NCBI GenBank assembly: GCA_041666225.1
Contig: JBAYHJ010000003.1
Coordinates: forward strand, 17,116 to 81,115
DNA: 64,000 nucleotides
Reading direction: 5' to 3'
Source: Minisyncoccota bacterium
GTDB lineage: Bacteria; Patescibacteriota; Minisyncoccia; Phycocordibacterales; UBA9973
Part shown: positions 10,298-20,276 of the stretch, one piece after another
Layout of the letters: every line of letters begins with the position of its first letter
Position numbering within the stretch: the stretch's first letter is position 1
Position numbers and translations under genes: made by a program
Notes under the pieces: generated by a model
What the model saw: the letters and a program-made list of their open reading frames with translations, nothing else
Database searches by the model: none
What the model was told of the DNA's origin: nothing

Positions 10298-10416
10298 AAG
10301 ATAATGCGTAAAAACGCGATAAATTGTTAATTTTAATACTATCTCGCTATGGACCAGTGTGTACCGACTTCAGGGTCGGTACAAACGAGATAAGACATAT
10401 ATTAACAAAAAAATCT

Positions 10417-11295
10417 CTAAATGTCAAAAAGTCGCTTTGCATTAGCAATTATAGCTTTTGCAACCTCCTCTTCATTTAAACCCTTGATTTCAGCTATTTT
10501 TTTGACTATCTCTCTCACATACACGGGCTCATTTCGCTTTCCTCTATGGGGCACTGGAGCCACATATGGGCTATCTGTATCAGTAAGTATCATATCTAAA
10601 GGTGTTTCTTTAATAACCCCAGTATAATCACAAATCTCCGGTTTTGGTTTATAAGTAATAGGCCCAGCAAATGAAATATAAATTCCTATTTCCACAAATC
10701 TTTTCATATCTTCTACACTTCCAGCAAAAAAATGCGACACCCCAATTGTTGGAAGTCCGACTTCCAACAATCTAGTTGAATGCTTTTTAATTAATTCATA
10801 AACATCAAAATAGGCATTGTGAGTTTTATCCGTTCCGTTATTTCGAACATGCAACATCAGGGGTAAACCAAGTTCATTGGCAAGTTCTATCTGAGCGATG
10901 AATGCAGTTTTTTGTTTTTCAATACTATCTTCATCTAAGTGGTAGTAATCAAGACCACATTCCCCTATCCCAACTACTTTGCCGAGCTTCGCAAGTTCTC
11001 TGTATTTCTCTTTATCAAATATTTCACCACGAGAAGTGAACTCTTGTCCTTCTTCTCCTAACTCACTAACATCATGATATGAAGCTCCAGTATGAATCGG
11101 ATGAAGTCCAATTGTTGCATAAACTCCTTCTGGATAATCATCGGTCATCTCAACTGCTTTTTTTGAAGTATCATATTGAGTGCCAATATTTATCACCCAA
11201 GTATTATTTTCCAAGGCACGAGAAATAACCGCATCTCTATCTTCTTCAAATGCTTTAAAATTTGTATGCGCATGTATATCTATGTATTTAAGCAT
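10417..11295 (-). CDS. tatD: TatD family hydrolase
   Basis: IDIHAH, GLHP, GECGLDYY, TDSPY, RNEP; start moved to ATG 11295. Confidence 0.92.
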   Translation of the reverse strand: MLKYIDIHAHTNFKAFEEDRDAVISRALENNTWVINIGTQYDTSKKAVEMTDDYPEGVYATIGLHPIHTGASYHDVSELGEEGQEFTSRGEIFDKEKYRELAKLGKVVGIGECGLDYYHLDEDSIEKQKTAFIAQIELANELGLPLMLHVRNNGTDKTHNAYFDVYELIKKHSTRLLEVGLPTIGVSHFFAGSVEDMKRFVEIGIYISFAGPITYKPKPEICDYTGVIKETPLDMILTDTDSPYVAPVPHRGKRNEPVYVREIVKKIAEIKGLNEEEVAKAIIANAKRLFDI

Positions 11296-11367
11296 AAAGT
11301 AAATATAGCATTTATAGGTAAAAAGAAAACCACCCAAAAAGTGGTTAACTTTTTAAGTGGTCAGATT

Positions 11368-11610
11368 TTAATTATCTTGTGTTTCTTCATCTTCTTCTCC
11401 ATTATCAGGCATAAAATATAAAAGTGAGGCTGTAGTAACACCTGATGCAAGCCCTAATACGCTTTCAGCTCCACTAATAGTTTGTAATTCTGGGGGAAGA
11501 ATGAACAATATTATACTTTTTATACCAATTATAATAGCCACACAAGCTGTTGTAATTAATAAAGAAAGATATACTGCTTTCAGATATTCAAGAATTTTTT
11601 TTGTTTTCAT
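11368..11610 (-). CDS. Small hypothetical membrane protein
   Basis: Two hydrophobic segments, acidic tail; start at ATG 11610 inferred. Confidence 0.5.
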   Translation of the reverse strand: MKTKKILEYLKAVYLSLLITTACVAIIIGIKSIILFILPPELQTISGAESVLGLASGVTTASLLYFMPDNGEEDEETQDN

Positions 11611-11760
11611 TTGTTTTGGATTTAGAATTGTTAAACATAAGATTTTTAAAAACTCCTTTTTAAAAGAATCTTTAAAAATCCTACGTCTACAAAAAATCCC
11701 AAATATCAAAGAACTATACTATCTATATAGTATAGCATATTTGGAGTAGTATGTCAATAA

Positions 11761-13242
11761 CTAGTCTTTCCTTAAAAATAAAGGGTTTTCTGGTTTTTTG
11801 TTATCGCGGATTAATTGCTTTAGTTTTATATTTGTCTCTGGCATTATAGGATTTAGCATGCGAGCGATAGTGTAGAGTTTCAAAACTAAATCTTTAATCA
11901 TTTCCTTCCCTTTTTCTTCATCTACTTTCACAACTTTGAATGGTTGAGTTTCTTGAATTATTTTATCGAGTTCACTAATTTTTTCCCAAACATAATCAGC
12001 TGCTTTTTTCAAATCAAACTCTTCATAATTTTTGAAGTATTCTTTAAAATCTTCAAACTCAGGAATTTCTGGACACTTATCTAAATACTTTTCAGACAAA
12101 GTTAAAATGCGAGAAGATAAATTCCCCAATCCATTTGCAAGTCCTGAATTGTAAGCATCTTTAAATCGCTCAATCGTAAAGGGACTATCTTCAAAACTTC
12201 CCACTTCACGAAGAAGGAAATATCGAAGCGCATCTGTTCCATATTCAGCAACTACATCTCTAGGGTCTACGACATTACCAAGAGTTTTAGACATTCGTAT
12301 TCCACCCTCACCTGTTATAAAACCATTCACTATTATTTGGTGAGAATTTGGAACATCAGCAGCCATCAGCATCGCTTGCCACATGGCACTTTGAAAACGA
12401 GTATTGTCTTTACCACAATATTGAGTTGGTGTTCCATTCACCCAATATTTTTCAAAATTGGATTCCTCGCCCCCTGCTAAGGGGGAGATGCCGGAGGCAG
12501 AGGGGGTCTGGTTTGGCCACCCCAATGTTGAAATATAATTTACCAAAGCGTCAAACCATACATACATAACTTGGTTCTCATCCCCAGGTACTGCTATCCC
12601 CCATGGCATTTTCTCTTTCAATCGAGAGATTGAAAAATCTTGCAGGCCACTTTTAACAAAGTTTTTAATTTCATTTAAGCGAAATTCTGGAACAACAAAA
12701 TTTGGGTTTTTTTCATATAGTTCAAGTAGTCTATCTCCAAATGCAGAATATTTAAAGAAATAATTTTCTTCATTTATTATTTTAAGAGGAGTACCTGGGT
12801 GGTCAACGCATTCTCCATTTACAAGTTCACTATCAGTCTTTTCACTTTCACAACCAACACAATATTTAGCTTCATAAGTTTTTTTATAAATATATCCATT
12901 GTCAGATACCCTCTTCCAAAATTCTTGAGCCGCTTTTTCGTGATTTTTGTCAGTCGTACGAATATAATGGATATCATCACAAACACCAAACATTTTTAAT
13001 TGCTCTTTGAAAGTTACAAATCCAGCGTCGACAAATTCTTGGGCTGTTTTACCTTGTTCTTTGGCTTTCTCAAATATCTTTAAACCATGTTCATCGGTTC
13101 CAGTATTAAAATACACATCATAACCAATAAGCTTTTTATAACGAGCGATAGTATCAGCACGGACAAATTCAAGGGCATGACCCATGTGAAGTGGTGCATT
13201 TACATAAGGAAGAGTAGTTGTGAGATAAAACGATTTCTTCAT
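11761..13242 (-). CDS. metG: Methionine--tRNA ligase
   Basis: YVNAPLHMGH, GTDEHG, YVWFDAL, RMSKTLGN. Confidence 0.96.
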   Translation of the reverse strand: MKKSFYLTTTLPYVNAPLHMGHALEFVRADTIARYKKLIGYDVYFNTGTDEHGLKIFEKAKEQGKTAQEFVDAGFVTFKEQLKMFGVCDDIHYIRTTDKNHEKAAQEFWKRVSDNGYIYKKTYEAKYCVGCESEKTDSELVNGECVDHPGTPLKIINEENYFFKYSAFGDRLLELYEKNPNFVVPEFRLNEIKNFVKSGLQDFSISRLKEKMPWGIAVPGDENQVMYVWFDALVNYISTLGWPNQTPSASGISPLAGGEESNFEKYWVNGTPTQYCGKDNTRFQSAMWQAMLMAADVPNSHQIIVNGFITGEGGIRMSKTLGNVVDPRDVVAEYGTDALRYFLLREVGSFEDSPFTIERFKDAYNSGLANGLGNLSSRILTLSEKYLDKCPEIPEFEDFKEYFKNYEEFDLKKAADYVWEKISELDKIIQETQPFKVVKVDEEKGKEMIKDLVLKLYTIARMLNPIMPETNIKLKQLIRDNKKPENPLFLRKD

Positions 13243-13243
13243 A

Positions 13244-14311
13244 TTATTCAGTCTTGGAGAGAATTTTTTTCTTTTCCAAATCATCTAAAAATTCTAATAA
13301 ACAAACAGCTGCAGGTATCGCAAGTATTACCCCTAAAAATCCAGCCAGTTCTGCACCAATAATAATTGAAAGAATAACAACAAGTGGAGATATGCCGATA
13401 ATTTTTTTAATTATCAAAGGATATATCAAATAATTTTCAAATTGATGCAAAACAAAATACAAACCAAATGACAATAACGCCATAGTAACTCCCCCATCAA
13501 GATATCCGAAGAGTGTCACAGGGACCATCGCCAAGAAAATTCCAAAAGGAACAAGTTCACAAAATGCCGTCAAAATAGCGAGCACGAGTGAGTACTTAAC
13601 TCCTAAAATAGTAAGTCCTAGATAAGCAAGAATTCCAATAATAAGCCCAAGCAACATTTGTCCTTGCACCCAACGACCAATCTTGTGTTCTGTACGTTGC
13701 CAAAGGTCAATAATATACTCTTCGCTCTTACTTGGAGTAATAATACGCAAAAAGTTCTCAATACCCTTCTCGGTAATTGAAAGATAAAAAGAAATAATTA
13801 CAATGAAAAAGAAATTCAACAATCCCCCAAAGGCTCCACCAAAGACATCCATAAAACCACCAGAAAAACCATTGATTAGTGTCTGTGTACTTTTTATAAC
13901 TTCACCGATAGATGCATTTTTGGAAATATTTGAAACTACATCTTTCGCTCCAGAAATCGTATCTGGCTGGAATGAATTTAAGATACTGCTGTTGGGAATA
14001 TACTGACTAAGTGATGCTACCAAAGTAGACATTTCTTCTATAAAAACAGGCATAAAAACAGAGAGTAAACTTATTACCACACTAATAGTCAAAACATAGA
14101 TAAGTAATACAGCAAATGTTCTATTTTTAATATATGGTTTAATTTTCTTAACAGCAGATTCCACAAAAGAAGCAATCACAATCGCCACGAGAATAACCAA
14201 GACCAAATTAAATAATTTAATAACAGCAAAAACTAAAGCTCCCATAAGGAGTATTTTTACTAAAGTGTTGGTTGAAATACTTATGTGCATATTTTTAATT
14301 TTATTATCCAT
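13244..14311 (-). CDS. AI-2E family transporter
   Basis: Multi-TM; ENYLIYPLI, GFLGVILAIP. Confidence 0.88.
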   Translation of the reverse strand: MDNKIKNMHISISTNTLVKILLMGALVFAVIKLFNLVLVILVAIVIASFVESAVKKIKPYIKNRTFAVLLIYVLTISVVISLLSVFMPVFIEEMSTLVASLSQYIPNSSILNSFQPDTISGAKDVVSNISKNASIGEVIKSTQTLINGFSGGFMDVFGGAFGGLLNFFFIVIISFYLSITEKGIENFLRIITPSKSEEYIIDLWQRTEHKIGRWVQGQMLLGLIIGILAYLGLTILGVKYSLVLAILTAFCELVPFGIFLAMVPVTLFGYLDGGVTMALLSFGLYFVLHQFENYLIYPLIIKKIIGISPLVVILSIIIGAELAGFLGVILAIPAAVCLLEFLDDLEKKKILSKTE

Positions 14312-14341
14312 ATATCTAATAATAACACATTTGTAAATTAA

Positions 14342-15613
14342 TTAGAATTTGAGTATTTTTTTAAATTCATCTCCATTTTTAAATGGACCAATTATAGCTA
14401 GATTTAAATTTTTTGTTTTAAAGATAATTTTTGCCATTTTTTGAATATCACTTGAAGTTACGCTTTTTATTTCTTTTATTTTTTCTTCAAGAGTTTTTAT
14501 TTCTTTTTTCATCAATTCTTGACCACCATAGAAGTTTGCAATATCATCAGTTGCTTCAAGCGACATTTTCATATTACCAATTATTAGCGACTTTACTTTA
14601 TCCAATTCCCTATCGCCCACTTTCTCTTTCACTAAAAGATTACACTCTTTAATAATTTCTTTTATAACTTCTTCTGTCCGAATATTGTTTACTCCGGCTG
14701 AAATCTGAAATGAGCCATGGTCAAGCGAGGGTTGGTTTGAAGCTCTCACATAATAAGCTACTCCCATCTCTTCGCGAAGCTTAGAGAAAAGTCTTGAACT
14801 CATACCTGCACCCAAAACTCCAGAGAGAAGTGAGAGTGTGGTATTTCTCTTGTCGAATAAATCAAAACTTCTAACTCCTAAAACAAAGTGCGTTTGATCT
14901 GTCTCTTTATACTTCACTAAAACAGTAGGTTCTTTTTGTGTATCTTTAGTTTTTATTTTTTTATTATTTGCTGAAGTTGATGCCTCTTTAAAATAAATAC
15001 CCGCTTCTTTATAGACCTCATCACTTGTAATATTGCCTGATACAACTACTACAGTGTTGCCTGTCACATAATGACTCTTTTTATAATTTACAAAATTATC
15101 ACGAATCATTTTATTTATATTTTCTTTCGTTCCCAGCGTACTCCTTCCTGCTGGTTGATCACCATACAAAACTTCAGTAAATAAATCCTGCACGTGGGAA
15201 GCTGGCATATCTTCATACATATTTATTTCTTCGATTATAACTCCCTTCTCTTTTTGCATTTCAGTTTCAGGAAAAGTCGAATTTAAATATACATCTGTCA
15301 CTATATCAAACATTTGTTTAAAATTTTTGGCATCTCCTTTGGCGTAGTATCCCGTATATTCGCTCCCAGTAAATGCATTATATTGGCACCCGAGAGCATC
15401 AAGCTCATGTGAAATAATCTGCGAATTAGGTCTTTTAATCGTGCCCTTAAAACACATATGCTCTAGGAAATGTGAAATACCATTTATTTCTTTAGGTTCA
15501 TAATCACTCCCTGTACCCACTAAAACCAAGACCGTCACAGTTGGGTTATCTTTCATTGGTATAGTTACAACACGTAATCCATTTTTAAATATTTTCTTTT
15601 TGGCTTTTATCAT
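14342..15613 (-). CDS. M16 (pitrilysin) family zinc peptidase
   Basis: HFLEHMCFKGT inverted zinc motif, SSRLFSKLREEMG. Confidence 0.93.
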   Translation of the reverse strand: MIKAKKKIFKNGLRVVTIPMKDNPTVTVLVLVGTGSDYEPKEINGISHFLEHMCFKGTIKRPNSQIISHELDALGCQYNAFTGSEYTGYYAKGDAKNFKQMFDIVTDVYLNSTFPETEMQKEKGVIIEEINMYEDMPASHVQDLFTEVLYGDQPAGRSTLGTKENINKMIRDNFVNYKKSHYVTGNTVVVVSGNITSDEVYKEAGIYFKEASTSANNKKIKTKDTQKEPTVLVKYKETDQTHFVLGVRSFDLFDKRNTTLSLLSGVLGAGMSSRLFSKLREEMGVAYYVRASNQPSLDHGSFQISAGVNNIRTEEVIKEIIKECNLLVKEKVGDRELDKVKSLIIGNMKMSLEATDDIANFYGGQELMKKEIKTLEEKIKEIKSVTSSDIQKMAKIIFKTKNLNLAIIGPFKNGDEFKKILKF

Positions 15614-15639
15614 AAGGCTATATTACCATATTTACCCAC

Positions 15640-15684
15640 ATTAAAAAACTTCCCATAGGTCAGACCTATGGGAAGTTTTTTAAT
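15640..15684. terminator. 45-bp palindrome (core AGGTCAGACCT) overlapping the glyQS stop
   Basis: ATTAAAAAACTTCCCATAGGTC-A-GACCTATGGGAAGTTTTTTAAT. Confidence 0.7.
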
Positions 15685-17059
15685 TCATTTTATCTTTTAT
15701 ATAATCTATGATTTCATCTTTTTTGACTCGCTCTTGAGTGCCTGTATCACGATCACGAATTGTCACACAATCATCAGTCAAAGTATCAAAATCTATAACG
15801 ATACACCATGGTGTCCCTATCTCATCCTGTCTTCTGTAGCGCTTACCAATGTTACCATTGTCGTCATAAGCGACCCAACCAAACTCCTTTTTTAATTCTC
15901 CAAAAATTGTTCTTGCGTAAGAAATAAGTTCCGGTTTGTTTTTTAGTAGTGGAGAGACACAAACTTTATATGGAGCGATTGATGGTGGAAACTTCAAATA
16001 AACTCTTGAGTTATCACCTTCACCATCTTCTCTATAAGCAGAGCATAACAATGCAAGAATTGCTCTGTCTACACTAATTGTCGGCTCTAAAACATGCGGA
16101 ATAAATTTTTCTCCAGTTTTATCGTCTAACATTTCCATTGATTCCCCGGAAAATTCTTGATGTCTTTTTAAATCGTAATCTCCCCTATGGGCAAGACCTG
16201 TTAATTCTTTAATTCCAAACGGATAAGCAAATTCTAAATCAACAGTTTTTTTACTATAATGAGCTCGAGCTTGCTCAGGGTGTTCAAGTGGTGAAAGTTT
16301 AGTTGAATCAACTCCAATCTTTGAGAGCCACTCTTTTTGTTCTAATAAAAAATTATCAAAAAATGCTTCCCATGGAGAACTTGGATGAATAAAATATTCA
16401 AATTCCATTATTTCAAATTCGCGTAGACGATATATAAAATCTCTTGGAGTTATTTCATTTCTGAAAGCTTTACCTTTTTGTGCAATTCCAAAAGGAACTT
16501 TTGGAGACAAAGATTGTAAAACATTTTTAAAACTAACAAACATACTCTGAGCTTCTTCTGGACGTAGATACGTCTTTACTGCTGTTTCTTCAACTGCCCC
16601 CATTTTTGTCTCAAGCATTAGGTTGAAACGACGAACATCTGAAAGTTGATTACCGTCTGGACTCTTAATTCCGAGTTCTTTTATTTTCTCACCCATTTCT
16701 TCAATTGTAAGTTTTTCAGCATTTACACCAGCATCTTCAAGTAAATGATCTGCTCTATATCTTTTCTTTGTAACTAAATCATCAACTAACGGGTCGATAA
16801 ATTCACTTGTGTGGCCTGAAGCATCCCAAACTTTTGGATGCATTAATATGGGTGTATCTATAAGATAAATATTTTCTCTACTACGAATAAAATAATCAAC
16901 CCAGGAATCTTCTATATTTTTTTTGAGCAATGATCCAAGCGGACCGTAGTCATACGTCCCTGAAAGACCTCCATAAATTTCTGATCCTGGATAGATAAAT
17001 CCACGCCTTTTACAAAGTGATATAATTTTCTCCATTAAATTGTTTTCTTGTTTTTGCAT
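15680..17059 (-). CDS. glyQS: Glycine--tRNA ligase (homodimeric type)
   Basis: YDYGPLG, YLRPE, GKAFRNEITP, GKRYRRQDEIGTP; start uncertain (17059 or 17035). Confidence 0.95.
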   Translation of the reverse strand: MQKQENNLMEKIISLCKRRGFIYPGSEIYGGLSGTYDYGPLGSLLKKNIEDSWVDYFIRSRENIYLIDTPILMHPKVWDASGHTSEFIDPLVDDLVTKKRYRADHLLEDAGVNAEKLTIEEMGEKIKELGIKSPDGNQLSDVRRFNLMLETKMGAVEETAVKTYLRPEEAQSMFVSFKNVLQSLSPKVPFGIAQKGKAFRNEITPRDFIYRLREFEIMEFEYFIHPSSPWEAFFDNFLLEQKEWLSKIGVDSTKLSPLEHPEQARAHYSKKTVDLEFAYPFGIKELTGLAHRGDYDLKRHQEFSGESMEMLDDKTGEKFIPHVLEPTISVDRAILALLCSAYREDGEGDNSRVYLKFPPSIAPYKVCVSPLLKNKPELISYARTIFGELKKEFGWVAYDDNGNIGKRYRRQDEIGTPWCIVIDFDTLTDDCVTIRDRDTGTQERVKKDEIIDYIKDKMN

Positions 17060-17147
17060 TTGATTCTGATTTAGTAAAATCACCTCATTCAGTAGGATGA
17101 CCTACTTGGTACTTGGTAATTCTTAATTATTAATTATTAATTATTAA

Positions 17148-19046
17148 TTATCTTACTACTCTCCCATTACTCGATGGTGCATTTGGATCATTTGTTAACT
17201 GAGTTGTGATAGGGCCACGAGTACTTTTAATTACAGTATTAGAAAATGTATCTGTTCCTGTTAGATAAACTTCTTTCATCAATTGAGGGAGACTTCCAAC
17301 TTGAGTCAACGACGGTTTTAGAGAAATTATAAAAGATGCCTCTCTATTCAAATTTATTCCCGTATTAGGAGACACTGATCCAATGTCCCAGATTACCTCA
17401 TGAGTTACATCATTATAAGTAACTCCTTGTATATCTCCAGTTGCTAAACCTACCCATTTTACATATATCGGCAAAGCCGCATGAGCCTCAGCCCCTGTTA
17501 TATTATTTGCAGAATTTGAAAGAGTCCAAGTAACCTTATACTTTGTTTCAGTATCTGCCTTTGGAGGAATACTTCCAGAATAGTACGAGGCAGATGTTGC
17601 TATTTGAAAATTAGATAATACTTTTACTATTTTTTCAGAAAAATTATTTATCTCATCATAAGTAGCTCCTAAAAGAGGTTCTCTTCCTTTAATACTTACT
17701 TTTATAGAAACCTGAGGATTTTTAATTGTTGATAGGCCAATAAGAGAAGTAGGTTTAAAACTAAATGAAATATTTCCTTTTTCTCCAGGATTTATTTCAG
17801 CTAAACTAGAAACAGAATTTCTGTCCCAAATAATTTGATCATTTGATGAATCATAAAAACCATTACCTGGATTAACAGTACTTTTATCAAAAACATTACC
17901 AGACAAAGTTACAATAATTTGCCCATCCGTTATGCGTGTAGATAAATTATTTGCCCAATTTATTTCTGCGTTGACTGTTCCTCCACCTACAATAGTATAC
18001 TCAGGCTGATCAAGTCCATTGACTAGAATATTTGCTTCTAAGAATGGTTTTACTATTGAAATTTTTTGCAAAATAGAACTATAGATAACATTGACAACAG
18101 ATTGATTCATACCATTTGTAGTTCCTGCATACGCATGGAACACCTGCTCTTCACCATCTTGGCCTATCAAACGTCCTTTTATTTCAACAACTACTGGATT
18201 TGTGGGAGTTAAGGCTGAAAGATCCCAAACAGAATTACCTAAAATGGGTGCGGGAATAGCACTCTCAAACATAAAATTATTTGGATATGTCACTTGGAGA
18301 ATCGAATTACTCTCTGGTAAAGAAGTATTGAGATTTGCTGTAATTTTAAAAGATATTGTTTGATTAGAAGTAACACTATTGGGAGATTCTAAATTTAAAG
18401 ATAGAGGAGCTAAACTTATTGTTACTGGATAAAATTTATCTTTAGTAAAAATAGCATTTGACCCTTCGGGATGATATTCCAAACTAACTTTAATATTTCT
18501 AATAGATTTTTCTTCTCCATATAGTTTAACTTTTACAGTCCTTATCACAACCTCGCCTGATTTGATAGTCCCAATCGAATCACGAGGAATACGTACAACG
18601 TCAGCAGTATTATCTCCTGCTCCTTTAGGATATTCAACAATGAGATTCACAAATTCAAGACTGGCATTATTTTTATTAGAAACTTCAATCTGAAGAGAAA
18701 GCTCATCTCCCCCTTTTGTAAAAGCATTACCAATAACTTGTATATCTATCTTATCACTAGAAACAGAGGAATCATTGTTATAAAATTTATAAAAAGCAAA
18801 ACCTAAAGCTGCAATAAAAAAAATAACGGAAACGAGAAAAAATTTTTTAAATATAGATACTGGTGGCTTTTTAAATTTATTATTCATACCTTCGTCTTTT
18901 TTTATTTGACTATCTTGCCAATCTAGAGATACATTATGATTCACTTGGTGCAGAATTCCCTCTCTTTGATGTCCTATAGATTTATTGTTTGGATCATAGA
19001 GGTGTATTTTTACATCTTCAATTTTATTTTTATCTTCTTCTTGCAT
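17148..19046 (-). CDS. Membrane-anchored beta-rich hypothetical protein (Ig/DUF11-like repeats)
   Basis: Single TM then repeated beta-sandwich-like segments (WDL, W.IG). Confidence 0.6.
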   Translation of the reverse strand: MQEEDKNKIEDVKIHLYDPNNKSIGHQREGILHQVNHNVSLDWQDSQIKKDEGMNNKFKKPPVSIFKKFFLVSVIFFIAALGFAFYKFYNNDSSVSSDKIDIQVIGNAFTKGGDELSLQIEVSNKNNASLEFVNLIVEYPKGAGDNTADVVRIPRDSIGTIKSGEVVIRTVKVKLYGEEKSIRNIKVSLEYHPEGSNAIFTKDKFYPVTISLAPLSLNLESPNSVTSNQTISFKITANLNTSLPESNSILQVTYPNNFMFESAIPAPILGNSVWDLSALTPTNPVVVEIKGRLIGQDGEEQVFHAYAGTTNGMNQSVVNVIYSSILQKISIVKPFLEANILVNGLDQPEYTIVGGGTVNAEINWANNLSTRITDGQIIVTLSGNVFDKSTVNPGNGFYDSSNDQIIWDRNSVSSLAEINPGEKGNISFSFKPTSLIGLSTIKNPQVSIKVSIKGREPLLGATYDEINNFSEKIVKVLSNFQIATSASYYSGSIPPKADTETKYKVTWTLSNSANNITGAEAHAALPIYVKWVGLATGDIQGVTYNDVTHEVIWDIGSVSPNTGINLNREASFIISLKPSLTQVGSLPQLMKEVYLTGTDTFSNTVIKSTRGPITTQLTNDPNAPSSNGRVVR

Positions 19047-19071
19047 ATTAATCTATTATATCATAAATATT

Positions 19072-19656
19072 TTATAATTGACTCTCGTTCAAAGCTTTAT
19101 TTATATGGGCAATTATTGACTGACGCTCCTTAAGAAGAGCTTCCGTTTTACTATGATCGAATGAAGATTCTAAATATTTTGCTAACATATCAGAGTCACC
19201 AATATAACCAAGGCTATTCATAATACGAAGAACTAAATGAAGCTCAAGTGCTTCACGAGATTTAGTTTCAATATCATCAGTATCTAATATATATAGTGCT
19301 TGTATAAAATCGTCAAAAATCTCTTCACTTGGACCTTCCCCATTACAAAGTCGCTCAAGCAAACTACTAACTCGAGTTATAAGTAGAAGTGATTGAGAAG
19401 AACTTCGAGCAAGTGGAAATGAAGTTATATGTTTAGCAGAAGTCACACGCCACAATTCTTTACCACGAACAAGATCTACATTTACATAAGAAAAATCCTG
19501 CAAAGTGAAACGGAGCTTTGATTTGTGTAAACGAACCCCCTGTGCAGCCGCATGAACCAAACCCATCTCGCGGGTATAAATCGTGAGCATTTTATTCGCT
19601 TCACCTCGATTACGAGATGAAAGTATAAATCCATGAGTGTGATAAATATGATGCAT
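19072..19656 (-). CDS. recO: DNA repair protein RecO
   Basis: GEANKMLTIYTREMGLVHAAAQGVR..KSKL OB-fold N-terminus. Confidence 0.85.
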   Translation of the reverse strand: MHHIYHTHGFILSSRNRGEANKMLTIYTREMGLVHAAAQGVRLHKSKLRFTLQDFSYVNVDLVRGKELWRVTSAKHITSFPLARSSSQSLLLITRVSSLLERLCNGEGPSEEIFDDFIQALYILDTDDIETKSREALELHLVLRIMNSLGYIGDSDMLAKYLESSFDHSKTEALLKERQSIIAHINKALNESQL

Positions 19657-19678
19657 TGCTATAATTACTAATTAACAA

Positions 19679-20272
19679 TTACTGATTACTAATTATAATT
19701 TCTTTTAATATTTTCAAAAGTTCAGGAAACTCATACATGACTGGTTCAGCTAAAATATAGAAATGCCCTCCTTTTTCTGTTGTTATAAATTCACAATCAA
19801 GGGCTTTAGATATTTCTTCAGCTTGCCAAAACGGAACAGCTGGATCATCTTTACTATGTAAGACTACAAACTTTTCAGCTTTATTCTTTACTTTATCTAA
19901 ATCAATCTTAGGAGCCACGAAAGAATCAATTGCTCTATAAACACTTTGTTCATTTTCTGGTTCCAATGAACTTATTAAACCAGACACTAAAACAACATAG
20001 GGAATTTTCTTATTTTCATGAATAGATTCTAGATACTTTAATATTGCCGTTGCCCCTAAAGAGTGCCCCACCAAAAATATCTCCTCTTCCGGCGCATTAT
20101 CAACTGCGTGAGAAATTTCTTCTACCCATTTTGAAACAACTGGTTTTTTTGAATCAGGCATAGGCAAGACACAAGCATAAGTTTTATCTTTTGCTAATTC
20201 TTTCATTATCCAAGGTAACCACCCAGCATTAGGTATACCACCAAATCCATGTACGATAAATACTTTTTTCAT
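19679..20272 (-). CDS. RBBP9/YdeN family alpha/beta hydrolase
   Basis: IVHGFGG, GHSLG, HSKDDPAVP, GGHF. Confidence 0.9.
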   Translation of the reverse strand: MKKVFIVHGFGGIPNAGWLPWIMKELAKDKTYACVLPMPDSKKPVVSKWVEEISHAVDNAPEEEIFLVGHSLGATAILKYLESIHENKKIPYVVLVSGLISSLEPENEQSVYRAIDSFVAPKIDLDKVKNKAEKFVVLHSKDDPAVPFWQAEEISKALDCEFITTEKGGHFYILAEPVMYEFPELLKILKEIIISNQ

Positions 20273-20276
20273 TCTT

